From Candidatus Omnitrophota bacterium (GTDB lineage: Bacteria; Omnitrophota; Gorgyraeia; 1-14-0-20-64-10), in assembly GCA_023248155.1 (NCBI GenBank), contig JAHFFE010000001.1, positions 212,873-276,872 on the forward strand: 64,000 nt of DNA. The letters run 5' to 3'. Under the pieces are notes generated by a model. It saw only the letters and a program-made list of their open reading frames with translations, did no database searches and was not told the DNA's origin. Every line of letters begins with the position of its first letter. The stretch's first letter is position 1. Made by a program: the position numbers and the translations under genes. Of this stretch, positions 30,238 to 41,384 are shown one piece after another.

Positions 30238-31397
30238 AACTCCTCGAATACCAGGCCAAAAAACTTTTTGCTGAATGGGGCGTTACTGTTGCCGGCGGCA
30301 AAGTGATCACAAAAGCTTCCCAATTGTCAGCCGCCATCAAACAGTGCGGCGGTAAATATCCGGTCGTCGTCAAGGCGCAGGTTTATGCCGGCGGCCGCGG
30401 CAAAGCCGGCGGCGTGGTGCTTGCCAAAAATCTTTCTGAGGCCAAAGCTGCTGTTAAACGATTGCTGGGCAATCGGCTCGTAACGATCCAGAGCGGCAAA
30501 GACGGCGTTCCGGTCAAGGCGCTGCTGATCGACCCGGGCGTGACGCTGCTTAAAGAATATTACCTCAGCATTTTAATCGAGCGCTCAAAACAGCTGCCGA
30601 TCATCGTCGCTTCCAAAGAGGGCGGCGTGGCGATTGAAGAGCTGGCCAAAACCAACCCCGACGCGATTTTAAAAACGCCGTTTGATCCGTTGATGGGCCT
30701 TTTAACTCACGAGGCGCGCGCGATCGCGAAATGGCTCGAGATTCCGGCCGCCCACCGCGAAACAGCCGTCAAACAACTGAAAGCGCTGGCCAAAGGATTT
30801 TTCGCGACCGACGCGTCGTTGGTGGAAGTCAACCCCTGGGCGCTGACCAAAGAAAAAGGAATGCTCGCGCTCGACGGCAAGGTGACGTTTGACGACAGCG
30901 CGCTGTTTAAATATCCGCAGTGGGACAAATTAAAGACGGCCGATGCCGACGGTCCGAGCGAAGCGAAATCGCGCGAGATCGGAATTAATTATGTGGCGCT
31001 CGACGGCACGATCGGCTGCATGGTCAACGGCGCCGGTCTGGCGATGGCGACGATGGATGTGATCAAACTGCACGGCGGCGAACCGGCCAACTTTCTGGAT
31101 GTCGGCGGCGGCGCCGGCGTCGATCAGGTCCGCGAAGCGTTCAAGCTGATCATCGCCGATAAAAAAGTAAAAGCGATTTTAGTGAATATCTTCGGCGGCA
31201 TCATGAAATGCGATGTGATCGCGCAGGGTGTGATTGAAGCGACCAAGAGCGTCAAGATCAAGATGCCGCTGGTGGTGCGCCTCGAAGGGACCAATGTCGA
31301 CCTGGGCCGGAAAATGCTCGATGAGTCGGGCCTTGGATTTTTAACGGCCAAAACAATGGATGAAGCCGCCTCGAAAGCGGTTCAGGCCGCCCGATGA
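30234..31397 (+). CDS. sucC: Succinyl-CoA synthetase beta subunit
   Basis: [49 protein letters not shown]. Confidence 0.98.
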   Translation: MKLLEYQAKKLFAEWGVTVAGGKVITKASQLSAAIKQCGGKYPVVVKAQVYAGGRGKAGGVVLAKNLSEAKAAVKRLLGNRLVTIQSGKDGVPVKALLIDPGVTLLKEYYLSILIERSKQLPIIVASKEGGVAIEELAKTNPDAILKTPFDPLMGLLTHEARAIAKWLEIPAAHRETAVKQLKALAKGFFATDASLVEVNPWALTKEKGMLALDGKVTFDDSALFKYPQWDKLKTADADGPSEAKSREIGINYVALDGTIGCMVNGAGLAMATMDVIKLHGGEPANFLDVGGGAGVDQVREAFKLIIADKKVKAILVNIFGGIMKCDVIAQGVIEATKSVKIKMPLVVRLEGTNVDLGRKMLDESGLGFLTAKTMDEAASKAVQAAR

Positions 31398-32299
31398 GTA
31401 TTCTTTTAAGCAATAAAACCAAAGTGATTGTGCAGGGTATTACCGGCAAGGCCGGATCGTTCCACGCGTCGCAGATGAAAGCATACGGCACGCGCGTAGT
31501 CGGCGGCGTAACGCCGGGCCGCGGCGGCGAAAAATGGGAAGGGCTTCCGGTTTTTGACACGGTGGCCGAAGCGGTTGCCGCGACCGGCGCCGATGCCACT
31601 GGTATTTTTGTTCCGGCTCCATTCGGCGCCGACGCGGTGCTGGAAGCGATTGATGCCGGACTAGCGCTGATCGTCGTAATTACTGAGGGAATCCCTGTTC
31701 AGGAAATGCTGAAGGTGAAGGCCTATCTGCGCAACCGCGTCAATGCCGGCCTGAAAAATCCGGCGATTATCGGCCCCAACGGACCGGGCTTGATTACGCC
31801 GGGCCAGGCCAAGATCGGGATCATGCCGGGCTACATCCATAAACCGGGATCAATCGGACTGATTTCTCGTTCAGGCACGCTGACCTACGAAGCGGTCTGG
31901 CAGTTGACCCAGCTGGGTCTGGGGCAGACCACCTGCGTCGGCATCGGCGGCGATCCTTTGCCGGGCACAGGATTTATTGAAACGCTTCAATGGTTCCAGA
32001 ACGATCCCGATACGAAAGCGATTGTAATGATCGGCGAAATCGGCGGATCGGCCGAGGAAGAAGCCGCCCAGTTTATTTCTAAAAATCTGACCAAGCCGGT
32101 TGTTGGATTCATCGCCGGCGCGACGGCTCCCGCTGAGAAACGAATGGGCCACGCCGGCGCAGTGATTTCGCAGGGGCAAGGCACGCATGAATCCAAAATT
32201 AAGGCGCTGAAAGCAGCCGGTGTTTTCATCGCGCAAAGTCCCTCCGCCATCGGTGATACGATGGTCCGCGCGCTGCGCGACCGCGGCGTCAAACCTTAA
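31394..32299 (+). CDS. sucD: Succinyl-CoA synthetase alpha subunit
   Basis: [30 protein letters not shown]. Confidence 0.98.
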   Translation: MSILLSNKTKVIVQGITGKAGSFHASQMKAYGTRVVGGVTPGRGGEKWEGLPVFDTVAEAVAATGADATGIFVPAPFGADAVLEAIDAGLALIVVITEGIPVQEMLKVKAYLRNRVNAGLKNPAIIGPNGPGLITPGQAKIGIMPGYIHKPGSIGLISRSGTLTYEAVWQLTQLGLGQTTCVGIGGDPLPGTGFIETLQWFQNDPDTKAIVMIGEIGGSAEEEAAQFISKNLTKPVVGFIAGATAPAEKRMGHAGAVISQGQGTHESKIKALKAAGVFIAQSPSAIGDTMVRALRDRGVKP

Positions 32300-32374
32300 A
32301 AAATCCTTCCTGTTAGCGCTTCCTTTTTTGTGTATACTTATTTTTAGGGGGTCACTTTCTCACGGAGGTGTCTC

Positions 32375-34069
32375 ATGAAGCACAGTGTCGTTATTCCTCT
32401 GCTTGTCCTTGGAATTTTCGCCAACTATGCCTGGGCGGAAACCATCGAACTGGTCACTTATTATCCGACATCATCGAATGCCGGCGATCAACATCTCACT
32501 AGTTTAACCGTCGGCAATGCTTATCTAAACACGACACTGGCCGCCGGGCAGGCCTTGATCCAGGCCAGTTTGGGGATTGGTCCCGGGTTTGCGAATAACG
32601 AGCCGGCGGCTCCGACGATGCTGCAAGTGCAGGGTGTCGATGCTCAGGATTCAACAGCTCTATTTTTACCCGGCGCTGGAGGAACGATGAGCGTGGGGAT
32701 TGGCACAACGCCGGTTCTTGGAAGCGCTCTGGATGTTACCGGCGGAGACTTGTTTGTCCGGCAGACGGCCGGATCTGGAAACCATGTTCGGATCCGGGCT
32801 CCCTCCGATGCGAATACGGCCATTGAACTGCGCTCGGAAACGGCCGGCGGAAATCCGTACATTGATTTTGCTAATGACGCGGCAACCGATTTTGATATGC
32901 GCATTCAGTTAACCGGCAACGATGAGTTGCGCATTGACGGCGGGGCTCTTCAGGTGCGTCGGGAAGGGGGAGTCGATCAAACCGGCCAGCTGGCCCGGTA
33001 CACAAATGACGCGCAGCCGACCTCGCTATCTCTGCTGAAGGGCAGGAACACAGCAGCGGTCCCTTTCCGTCCTTCCCTTAATGATGGGTTGGGAATGATT
33101 CGTTTTCAGGGGGTTAATGTGGTTGGGCAGAATTATGACGGGGCCACGATTCAGGCTATTGCGTCGGCGAACTGGACCAATGCATCCGCGCCGGCCGATA
33201 TGGTTTTTTCCACCACGCCGTCTGGCGCCAACGGATCCGCGGAACGGATGCGGATTACGGATGACGGCCGAGTTTTGATTGGAACAACGGTTGTTCCCCC
33301 GACCGCGCCGACTACGCTGCTTGTGGCCCGGCGCGATGCCGATGAAATGGTGATGATGCGTGTCGAAAATCAGAATAATTCCGCGAACGCCGCCGCCCGC
33401 GTGTTTGCGGTTTCCCAGCAGGCCGCCACGCCAATCTCAATTGGAATGGATGCCTTCTCCCAGAATTTTAACACGACCACTTCATTAGGTGCTGCTGTTC
33501 CTGGGAATACGCTAATTGCTACCTTTGCCACTTTTGGGGCGATGGCTGCCAACCTGGGCAACCTGTTTATCGCGTCACGCGGACCCAACCAACGGATTGC
33601 ATTCCATACAGGAAATCTTGCTGTTGATGCGACCACCGAACGAATGCGGATTACCAACACCGGTCTTGTCGGGATTAATATCACAAATCCTACCTTCCGT
33701 TTACAATTACCCAACCTCGCTGTTGATTCAACGGGGCGCGGGCGCGCGAACGCATGGACAACCTACTCCTCCATTCGATGGAAAGAAAACATTACCTCAA
33801 TTGACCACCCCCTGGATAAGATTCAGGAACTTCGCGGTGTTTATTTTAATTGGAAAAAAGAACAAGGAGGCGTCCGGGATATTGGATTAATTGCCGAAGA
33901 AGTTGGCAAAATAATTCCGGAGGTTGTTTCTTATGAAGAGAACGGTAAAGATGCCAGTGGTATTACCTATGACCGATTGGTGGCTCTTTTAGTAGAGGGA
34001 ATCAAAGAGCTCAAGGTTGAGAATGATGCACTGAAGAAAAGAATTGATGATTTGGAGAAAAAATCATGA
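32375..34069 (+). CDS. TYYP-family fibre protein (copy 2) with C-terminal S74-type chaperone domain
   Basis: AWA|ETIELVTYYPT; ERMRIT repeats; YSSIRWKENI...IGLIAEEV...PEVV...YDRLVALLVEGIKEL plus coiled coil. Confidence 0.9.
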   Translation: MKHSVVIPLLVLGIFANYAWAETIELVTYYPTSSNAGDQHLTSLTVGNAYLNTTLAAGQALIQASLGIGPGFANNEPAAPTMLQVQGVDAQDSTALFLPGAGGTMSVGIGTTPVLGSALDVTGGDLFVRQTAGSGNHVRIRAPSDANTAIELRSETAGGNPYIDFANDAATDFDMRIQLTGNDELRIDGGALQVRREGGVDQTGQLARYTNDAQPTSLSLLKGRNTAAVPFRPSLNDGLGMIRFQGVNVVGQNYDGATIQAIASANWTNASAPADMVFSTTPSGANGSAERMRITDDGRVLIGTTVVPPTAPTTLLVARRDADEMVMMRVENQNNSANAAARVFAVSQQAATPISIGMDAFSQNFNTTTSLGAAVPGNTLIATFATFGAMAANLGNLFIASRGPNQRIAFHTGNLAVDATTERMRITNTGLVGINITNPTFRLQLPNLAVDSTGRGRANAWTTYSSIRWKENITSIDHPLDKIQELRGVYFNWKKEQGGVRDIGLIAEEVGKIIPEVVSYEENGKDASGITYDRLVALLVEGIKELKVENDALKKRIDDLEKKS

Positions 34070-35433
34070 AGCGCGCAATTTTGTTGTTCACCGTTTTAGG
34101 GCTTGTTTCTAGTATCGCCTGGGCGGAAACCACAGAAATTGTTACCTATTATCCGACTACCGGCGGTAATAACGAACATTTAAACGATTTAACGGTAGGG
34201 CCGGGCTTTTTGGGAGAAAACCCCGACCCTGGCGAAGTGCTGATTGAAACGCGGCTTGGAATCGGAACTAATAATCCGCAGGAACAGATTCAGATCACGG
34301 GCAATTTAAGGCTTCCTGCCACCACCGCCGCGGGAGGTGTTCCTTCCGGCGGTGTTATTTTTTCTAATACAAACAGGTTTATTCACAATTTTGGGAGCGG
34401 CAATTTTTTCGCGGGGACCAACGCAGGCAATTTCACGCTGACGGGTTCTTCGAATGTTGGGATAGGCACTAACGCGATGCAGAGCCTGACGAACGGAATT
34501 CAGAATGTCGCCGTGGGACCTCGCGCCATGGAGAGCACGACCAGCGGGCAGAGGAATTCCGCGTTTGGCATGGAGAGTCTGAATAATAATACGACGGGCG
34601 GTTTGAACACAGCGCTGGGGCATAATACGCTTTTTTTTAATCAGACCGGATTTGATAACACCGCGGTAGGCTATCAGGCTTTGCTGAACACGACGGGCAG
34701 CGATAACGTGGCGGTGGGCCAAAACGCCGGATCGAATTTGTTGGCGAACGCGAACACGACCGGGTCGGGCAATACGTTTATAGGGACCCGATCGGGTTCC
34801 GGGGTGGCCGCGCAATTAACCAACGCGACCGCGCTTGGATTTGAAGCATTGGTCTCGGCCAGCAACGCGCTGGTGCTGGGCGGAACAGGCGCCAACGCGG
34901 TCAATGTGGGGATTGGCACGGAAACGCCGGCTCAGCGGCTTCATGTCGTGGGAACCGTGCAAATCGTAGATGGGACCCAGGCGAACGGAAGAGTGCTAAC
35001 CTCTGACGCCAACGGCGTAGCCAGCTGGCAGGCAGCCACTTCAGTGCCTGTTATCGCAAATCCTACATTGGCCGCACCGGTCTGGGTTCGGGTCGGGAAT
35101 AATATCCTTTTCGGGAACCAGGATCATGAATTCATGACCCGGTTCACGTTTGCCACCGCGGGAGGTGTCCGCCGCGTGCGGCTTACGGTGACGGCTCGAA
35201 ATGCCAACGATCAGCCGCCTGTCGGTACCGTCTTTAATCTGAATTCGCCCACATTCAGGGACGGTTGGGGTGGAAATAACGCGGGACCAGGAGGAGGGTA
35301 TACTCTCAACTGGATTCAGTTTTACACCCAAAATCCAGGAAACGGAAATCAGTTAACCGTCGTCGCTTTTGGAGAGGATGGCAGCAGTGGCTTTGGATCG
35401 ATTAATGCAAACGTTGATGTTTCGTATCAGTAA
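34066..35433 (+). CDS. TYYP-family fibre protein (copy 3)
   Basis: AWA|ETTEIVTYYPT; RFIHNFG block; 17-aa NTAxG repeats; GRVLTSDANGVASW. Confidence 0.9.
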   Translation: MKRAILLFTVLGLVSSIAWAETTEIVTYYPTTGGNNEHLNDLTVGPGFLGENPDPGEVLIETRLGIGTNNPQEQIQITGNLRLPATTAAGGVPSGGVIFSNTNRFIHNFGSGNFFAGTNAGNFTLTGSSNVGIGTNAMQSLTNGIQNVAVGPRAMESTTSGQRNSAFGMESLNNNTTGGLNTALGHNTLFFNQTGFDNTAVGYQALLNTTGSDNVAVGQNAGSNLLANANTTGSGNTFIGTRSGSGVAAQLTNATALGFEALVSASNALVLGGTGANAVNVGIGTETPAQRLHVVGTVQIVDGTQANGRVLTSDANGVASWQAATSVPVIANPTLAAPVWVRVGNNILFGNQDHEFMTRFTFATAGGVRRVRLTVTARNANDQPPVGTVFNLNSPTFRDGWGGNNAGPGGGYTLNWIQFYTQNPGNGNQLTVVAFGEDGSSGFGSINANVDVSYQ

Positions 35434-35500
35434 ATAAACGGAATTATTCGATTTGACCAGCGAAAATATATTTTTAGGCATGAAAGGTGAGTAGATTAAA

Positions 35501-36886
35501 GTGAAAGAATTATGGTTGTTTCTGGGTATATTTGGATTACTAATCAGCTCCGTTTGGGCGGAAACCACAGAAATTGTTACCTATTATCCAACCTCTGGCA
35601 GCAACGAACATGCCACCAGTTTGACGGTTGGTAATGATTATCTGAATACCGTGCTGGCCGACGGTCAGGCGTTGATTCAAACCAGTTTGGGGATTGGGAC
35701 CGGGTTTGGAGGTGGTGCGGGTAATTTGCTGGAGGTGCGTGGCGTTTCTGGGGTTACCAGTAATGCTCTGTTTTTAGCAGGCACGGGTATCGGCTCGAAC
35801 ATCCGGGTTGGGATCGGGGTTGCGGTTCCGAATGAGCAGCTGGAGATCTCCGGCAATTTTCGGCTTCCTCCGACGACAGCGGCCACCGGAATTATTTTCT
35901 CGGGCGCCAACCGGTTCATCCACAATTTTGGGACCAACAACTTCTTCGCCGGTGTGAACGCGGGCAATTTCACCCTGACGGGAACTGGAAATGTGGGGAT
36001 TGGCCCGCAAACTCTCCTAAGCCTCACCAGCGGTGTTCGAAATATTGCTATCGGAACGGACGCTCTTTTATCTAATAGAAGTGGAAGTGGAAATGTCGCG
36101 ATTGGCACTGGAACCATCAGTTTTAGCACGCTCGGCAGTGACAATGTCGCTATTGGCCGCGCTGCGTTGGCAAATGTAAGTACCGTGGGCGCTCTGTCCG
36201 GACAGAACAATGTTGCTATGGGTTCCACCGCCCTTGTGTTCAATACCACCGGTTCTGAAAATGTGGCGCTTGGTTTTCAGTCCGGCGTGACGGTCACCCA
36301 GGCCAATGCCAATACGACCGGTTCCAATAATACGTTTGTTGGATTTAATGCCGGTCCTGGAACAGCAACTCAGCTGAACAATGCCACCGCCCTTGGCGCC
36401 AACGCGCTGGTTTCGGCCAGTAACGCGCTGGTGTTGGGCGGCACCGGCGCCAATGCTGTGAATGTGGGGATTGGCACGGAAACGCCGGCTCAGCGGCTTC
36501 ATGTCGTGGGAACCGTGCGGATCGTGGACGGGACCCAGGCGAACGGAAGAGTGCTAACCTCTGACGCCAACGGCGTAGCCAGCTGGCAGGCGTCCGGCGC
36601 TGCGGGATTTCCGGCTCCGGATTACGACAGTGGATGGGTTACTTCCCAAAGCCCGGGCAATACCAAGACATATACGCATAACCTTGGAACATTAGAATAC
36701 ATGGTCTATATAGAAGGAAGAACCGTTTCCGGAGATCATCCCCCAGGCACGATTCATCAAGTGAATAACCCGGGAGGGACTGACGCGTCCTGGTTGGACA
36801 GCAAGAAAACAAATTCAGTCGTTGTGATGCGTCACACGGGAGACACAGACTGGGATGAGACCAGGGTAAGATGCTGGAGATGGTAA
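35501..36886 (+). CDS. TYYP-family fibre protein (copy 4)
   Basis: VWA|ETTEIVTYYPT; RFIHNFG; repeats; tip PDYDSGW...THNLG. Confidence 0.9.
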   Translation: MKELWLFLGIFGLLISSVWAETTEIVTYYPTSGSNEHATSLTVGNDYLNTVLADGQALIQTSLGIGTGFGGGAGNLLEVRGVSGVTSNALFLAGTGIGSNIRVGIGVAVPNEQLEISGNFRLPPTTAATGIIFSGANRFIHNFGTNNFFAGVNAGNFTLTGTGNVGIGPQTLLSLTSGVRNIAIGTDALLSNRSGSGNVAIGTGTISFSTLGSDNVAIGRAALANVSTVGALSGQNNVAMGSTALVFNTTGSENVALGFQSGVTVTQANANTTGSNNTFVGFNAGPGTATQLNNATALGANALVSASNALVLGGTGANAVNVGIGTETPAQRLHVVGTVRIVDGTQANGRVLTSDANGVASWQASGAAGFPAPDYDSGWVTSQSPGNTKTYTHNLGTLEYMVYIEGRTVSGDHPPGTIHQVNNPGGTDASWLDSKKTNSVVVMRHTGDTDWDETRVRCWRW

Positions 36887-36918
36887 CCTCGACCGTGATC
36901 GGGATGCCGAAGTAGCGA

Positions 36919-38274
36919 TTATTTCGTCTGGCCGGTGAATGTGAAATCGCGGATCAGCATGGCCGGCGCTACAACCGAACTAAATCCTTGCGCCGGGTCG
37001 GCCACGAGCCGCCGTTCTTTCGAGAGCGCGATCACCTGAGAAAATGCTTTTAAGACCGGCTGCGTGAACCGCAGTGTTTTCGCGGCGCCTACCACCTTGC
37101 CTTTCTCGACGATGAAAGTTCCGTCGCGCGTCAGACCCGTCATCAGCGCTTCCCGCGTATCGAGAAGTCCGCTGACATAATGGAACCGGGTGATCCAGAG
37201 CCCCCGGTCCATTTTTTTCAGCATCTCGGCGCGCGGTGTTTTGCCCGGGTCCACCAGCAAATGCGTGGCGATCGGTCCTTCCGCTTCGTCATAGGGCAGC
37301 GCGTGGCCGGTCGAGGGTTGATGGTACAGTTTGCCGTAATGGCTGTCGTAGACCAGCCGCTGCGCCCGGCCTTTCTCGATCAAGCCGACATTTTTTCGGG
37401 GGACCCCTTCGAAATCAAACGGCATCGAGAGACAAGCCGGATCGGCCGCGTCGTCGCGGATCGTGATGTTGTCGCCCATGATTTTGTCGCCGATCCGTCC
37501 TGCCATGAAACTTGATTTCTCGTAAAATTGTTTGGCGCCAAAACCGATAAAACTGAGCCACTCCACCAATTCCGCCACCGCCTCCGGTTCGATCAGCACC
37601 GTATATTTCCCGAGCGGGATCTTTTTTTGATTCCGGTTGCGCCGGCAATGATCGCTGGCCCGCTTGAGCAGTTCATCGGCATCCAGCGTTTCGGAGTCGC
37701 GGTACGATTGTGCCGCGAACCCGGATGATTTTCCGGAAGTCGCAACCAGGCGCAATCCTCCTGCGGTAAAAGGCTGATAGACAGCGAGTCCTCCTGATCC
37801 GACGACGGCCAGTTCGCTTTCTCCTGCGGTCGAGGATCCTGCCAGTTCCAGCCCGGTTTTTTCGGCGGTCAGCCAGAGATTTTTGAGAAGAGTAAGCCGT
37901 TCTTTCGGCTGCTGTTGGGCTGTTTGCGCGAAATGCGTTTGAAGCACAGGCAGAGGTTTTTTCAACGGATTGGTTTGGAATGACGCTGCCGGTGATTTGC
38001 CGGATAGTTTCGCGATTGCCAGCGCCGAATCAACGGCGCGGCGCAGAGCCTCTTTCGTCAGCGAAGAACAGGTAGCCACGCCGACGCGGCCATGCCAGCT
38101 GGTTTTTACCCAGACGGTAATATCCTGCTCAGCAAAGTTCTGATGAATCTTTCCGCTGGAGAACCGGAATATCGTTTGCTGTGAATGCTGGCAGGCGATC
38201 AGCGTCTGGTCGGCCTTCGAGTAACGCGCCGCCTGCTTCAATTCTGAAATCAGTCTTATTTTTCCGATCAGCAT
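36919..38274 (-). CDS. pmbA: TldE/PmbA family protein
   Basis: PFDFEGVP, STGHA, TGLTRDGTF; no HExxH; paired with tldD. Confidence 0.88.
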   Translation of the reverse strand: MLIGKIRLISELKQAARYSKADQTLIACQHSQQTIFRFSSGKIHQNFAEQDITVWVKTSWHGRVGVATCSSLTKEALRRAVDSALAIAKLSGKSPAASFQTNPLKKPLPVLQTHFAQTAQQQPKERLTLLKNLWLTAEKTGLELAGSSTAGESELAVVGSGGLAVYQPFTAGGLRLVATSGKSSGFAAQSYRDSETLDADELLKRASDHCRRNRNQKKIPLGKYTVLIEPEAVAELVEWLSFIGFGAKQFYEKSSFMAGRIGDKIMGDNITIRDDAADPACLSMPFDFEGVPRKNVGLIEKGRAQRLVYDSHYGKLYHQPSTGHALPYDEAEGPIATHLLVDPGKTPRAEMLKKMDRGLWITRFHYVSGLLDTREALMTGLTRDGTFIVEKGKVVGAAKTLRFTQPVLKAFSQVIALSKERRLVADPAQGFSSVVAPAMLIRDFTFTGQTK

Positions 38275-39722
38275 CAGCCGACCTGCACTTTCTCAAAGCG
38301 GGCCGGGGAAGCGCCATGGCCCACATGCATCACCTGGATCGGTTCTCCCTTGGCGCAGTTGGGAACGCCGTAGAGCCGCCATTCTTCTTTGCCGGTAATG
38401 CCGCTGCACGAGTTCCAGAATTCCGGCGTGATGCCGGTATAAACCGGATTTTTCAACGCCTGTCCCAATTTTCCGTTGCGGATCTCCCAGCCGATTTCGG
38501 TTCCGAACTGAAAGTTCAGCCGTTTATCGTCGATCGACCAGCTTTTGTTGGTCGCCAGTAAAATCCCTTTTTTCGTGTCGCCAATCAGGTCATCCAGCGT
38601 GCCGGTTCCGGGATCGAGGCTTACATTGGTCATCCGCACGATCGGCACGGCGTTCCATCCATCGGCGCGCATCGCTCCGGTTGAATGGCTGCCGATTTGC
38701 GCGGCGGTTTCCCTCGAGCTGAGATAGTTGACGAACCGGCCGTTCTGAATAATCGGCACGCGCTGGGCAGGCACACCCTCATCGTCGTAGCCGAATGTGC
38801 CGCAGCCTTTCGGCAGTGTGGCGTCGGCGGTAATATTAACGAGCCGGTTTCCGTAGCGGTAATGTCCCAGCGTGTCGGGCGTCAGAAAACTGCCGCCTGC
38901 GAATGAAAGTTCCATTCCCAGTGCGCGGTCCAGTTCGGTTGGATGCCCGCATGACTCATGCACCTGCAGAATCAGCTGATCCGGCATTAAAATCACGGTG
39001 GTTTTTCCGGAAGGGCATTCTTTGGCGCGCAGCAATGTGACCGCTTCCTGGCGCACCCGTTTTGCTTCGCCGACAAAATCGAGTGCTTTTACATATTCAT
39101 AACCGGCCTGCGCCAGCGAACAGGAATTTGCCGTCGGGAATGACCGTTTTTGCATCTCATTGCCGAGCACGGCGGTGGCTTCAATCATGCCGCCCGATTC
39201 GGTGATCAGCTGTTCGATCCAGGCCCCTTCGGTCGAGCAAAACAGTTTCTCGGTTTTATGGAATTCCAGTTTCGCGATCGCGCTGGCGATCTGCGGATTA
39301 TCCTTAAGCACCTGGCAGGTCCAGAGCAGGTAATCCAGTTTGCGCTGCAGTGGCACACGGAACGGGTCGATCTCCAAAGGAGTTTCGTAACGGCCGCGCG
39401 CCGGTTTCATCGGTCTTAAATGGGCCATTGGCGCGGTGGTCAGTGCTACGGCGCGCGCCATTTCGATGGCCCGGTCGGCGGTCTGCTTGAGTCCGCGCCG
39501 GTTAAAATGACAGGACGACGCGTGCCCCCAGGCCCCGTGGTCAAGTACGCGGATGAAAACACCTTCGCTGGCGCTCTGGCTGATATGCTGCGGCTGACCG
39601 TTTTGCACCACCAGCTCCTCTTTCAGCGCGTGGACAAAACGGAGATCTCCGTAACGGATGCCGCGCCGTTTGAGATAGGAAATAGTCTCGGAAAACAGGT
39701 TTTTGGGTTTGGAAGGAACCAT
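38274..39722 (-). CDS. tldD: TldD metalloprotease
   Basis: HESCGHPTELDR, YDDEGVP, RMTN, WSIDDKRLNFQF, NCAKGEP. Confidence 0.93.
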   Translation of the reverse strand: MVPSKPKNLFSETISYLKRRGIRYGDLRFVHALKEELVVQNGQPQHISQSASEGVFIRVLDHGAWGHASSCHFNRRGLKQTADRAIEMARAVALTTAPMAHLRPMKPARGRYETPLEIDPFRVPLQRKLDYLLWTCQVLKDNPQIASAIAKLEFHKTEKLFCSTEGAWIEQLITESGGMIEATAVLGNEMQKRSFPTANSCSLAQAGYEYVKALDFVGEAKRVRQEAVTLLRAKECPSGKTTVILMPDQLILQVHESCGHPTELDRALGMELSFAGGSFLTPDTLGHYRYGNRLVNITADATLPKGCGTFGYDDEGVPAQRVPIIQNGRFVNYLSSRETAAQIGSHSTGAMRADGWNAVPIVRMTNVSLDPGTGTLDDLIGDTKKGILLATNKSWSIDDKRLNFQFGTEIGWEIRNGKLGQALKNPVYTGITPEFWNSCSGITGKEEWRLYGVPNCAKGEPIQVMHVGHGASPARFEKVQVG

Positions 39723-39816
39723 GGGAATTCATCTACCCTACGGGTTTTTAAGTCGGCTGTCAATGAGTGCCGGTATCATGTATACTTATTTTATAAATTC
39801 ACAGGAGGTGTTTTTT

Positions 39817-41364
39817 ATGAAGGTAAACGCTAGGTTTAGTGCCGCTGTTCCCGCCATCATCCTTCTCGTCTCAGTTATTTTTACCGGCATTGCCTGGGCC
39901 GAAACTGTTGAGTTAGTGACTTATTATCCAACATCGGCAAATAGCGGCGACCAGCATCTAACCAGTTTAACGGTGGGCAACGATTATTTGGCTACCACAC
40001 TGGCCAATGGCCAGGCATTGATCCAGACCAGCTTGGGGATTGGAACCGGGTTTGCCAACAACGAACCGGCGGCTCCGACGGTTTTGGAAGTACGCGGAGT
40101 GGCCGGTGATGCATCGCAGGCTCTGTTTCTGCCGGGTGCCGGCGGTACGATGAGCGTGGTGATCGGCCGGGACGGGGCGCCGGGGGCGGGAATCCCCGGC
40201 TCCGGTTTGTCGGTGGTCTCCACCAATGACGGCGTAGACATACGCGGGATAAGTGTTTTGCATTCCAGTAACGGTATCCAGGGAGGCATCCTAAATCTCC
40301 TTAAAAGCCGGGCGGCCGGTGCGGTGGTGCAGGCCGGGGATTATGCGGGCGGCGTGGGTTTCTGGTTTTTCAACAACGGCGAGGGGGGCATTTCCGAATC
40401 CGGATACACGCAGTCCGCGGCTATCTGGAGCGCCGTCAACAACGCGACTCCCGGGTCCGAAGCGGGGCATCTCGAGTTCTACACGACGAACGCCGGCGTG
40501 TCGTCGGAGAAGATACGGATCGCCGCGAACGGCAACGTGGGGATTGGAACGGCGGCACCCGGACAAACATTAACCGTTAATGGCACTCTGGGTATCTTGG
40601 AAGGAGGCGCCAATCCAACCGACCACACGATTTTTCAGGGAGGCACCCAGACAGGCGATATTACATACTCTCTCCCGGCGGCCCAGGGAGCTGCCGACAC
40701 CGTTCTTGCAAATAATGGGGCCGGTGTTCTCTCGTGGAGTGCTTCGGCGGGAGGAGGTGTTCCAAACACCGTCGTTGTTTTCAATGCTTCGGGAAACTGG
40801 ACGGCTCCTGCTGGAGTGACAAGAATTAATGTCCAGGTTTGGGGCGGCGGCGGCGGTGGCGGTGGAGCCACTAGTTGTTCGGGTTACGGCAGCGGCGGGG
40901 GCGGCGGCGGTTACGCCGAATCCATTCTTGCGGTTACACCGGGGACAACCTATACCGTTACGGTGGGTGCCGGAGGAACCGGAGGCGCTAGTATCGCGGG
41001 TACCGCCGGAGGCACATCGTTTTTTAATACCGCCGCGATCGTTTCGGCGACTGGCGGTGCTGGAGGACTAAGAGACTGCGAAGCCACGGCCGTCAACTCT
41101 ATTGGGGGAAATGGTCTAGGCACCATCACCATCACGGGCGCTTCCGGAGACATGGGCGGGAACACGAGCAGCTCTGTTCCAAACGGAGGCGATTCTCCTC
41201 TGGGCGGTAGTGGAGGGGATGGAGGTGCTAATAGCGGAACCCCGGCGCAGGGAAATGGTCGCGCAGGCATTATTCCTGGCGGTGGTGGCGGCGGTGCGGG
41301 CGGCACGGGCACAAGTGGTATAGGCGGCAATGGAGCACACGGAAGAGTAGTGATAAGGTTCTGA
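39817..41364 (+). CDS. TYYP-family fibre protein (copy 5) with Gly-rich C-terminal domain
   Basis: AGGAGG RBS; AWA|ETVELVTYYPT; WTAPAGVTRINVQVWGGGGGG...GAHGRVVIRF Gly-rich domain. Confidence 0.9.
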   Translation: MKVNARFSAAVPAIILLVSVIFTGIAWAETVELVTYYPTSANSGDQHLTSLTVGNDYLATTLANGQALIQTSLGIGTGFANNEPAAPTVLEVRGVAGDASQALFLPGAGGTMSVVIGRDGAPGAGIPGSGLSVVSTNDGVDIRGISVLHSSNGIQGGILNLLKSRAAGAVVQAGDYAGGVGFWFFNNGEGGISESGYTQSAAIWSAVNNATPGSEAGHLEFYTTNAGVSSEKIRIAANGNVGIGTAAPGQTLTVNGTLGILEGGANPTDHTIFQGGTQTGDITYSLPAAQGAADTVLANNGAGVLSWSASAGGGVPNTVVVFNASGNWTAPAGVTRINVQVWGGGGGGGGATSCSGYGSGGGGGGYAESILAVTPGTTYTVTVGAGGTGGASIAGTAGGTSFFNTAAIVSATGGAGGLRDCEATAVNSIGGNGLGTITITGASGDMGGNTSSSVPNGGDSPLGGSGGDGGANSGTPAQGNGRAGIIPGGGGGGAGGTGTSGIGGNGAHGRVVIRF

Positions 41365-41384
41365 AAAAAATCAGTCCCTCGGCA

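Noticed and set aside
39703-39816. N-terminal extensions in the ORF track (also 9566, 17670, 18799, 19899, 45983, 53057, 61563, 63038)
   Set aside because: They overlap neighbouring genes or promoters; downstream starts fit RBS, -10 position, signal peptide or family N-terminus better.
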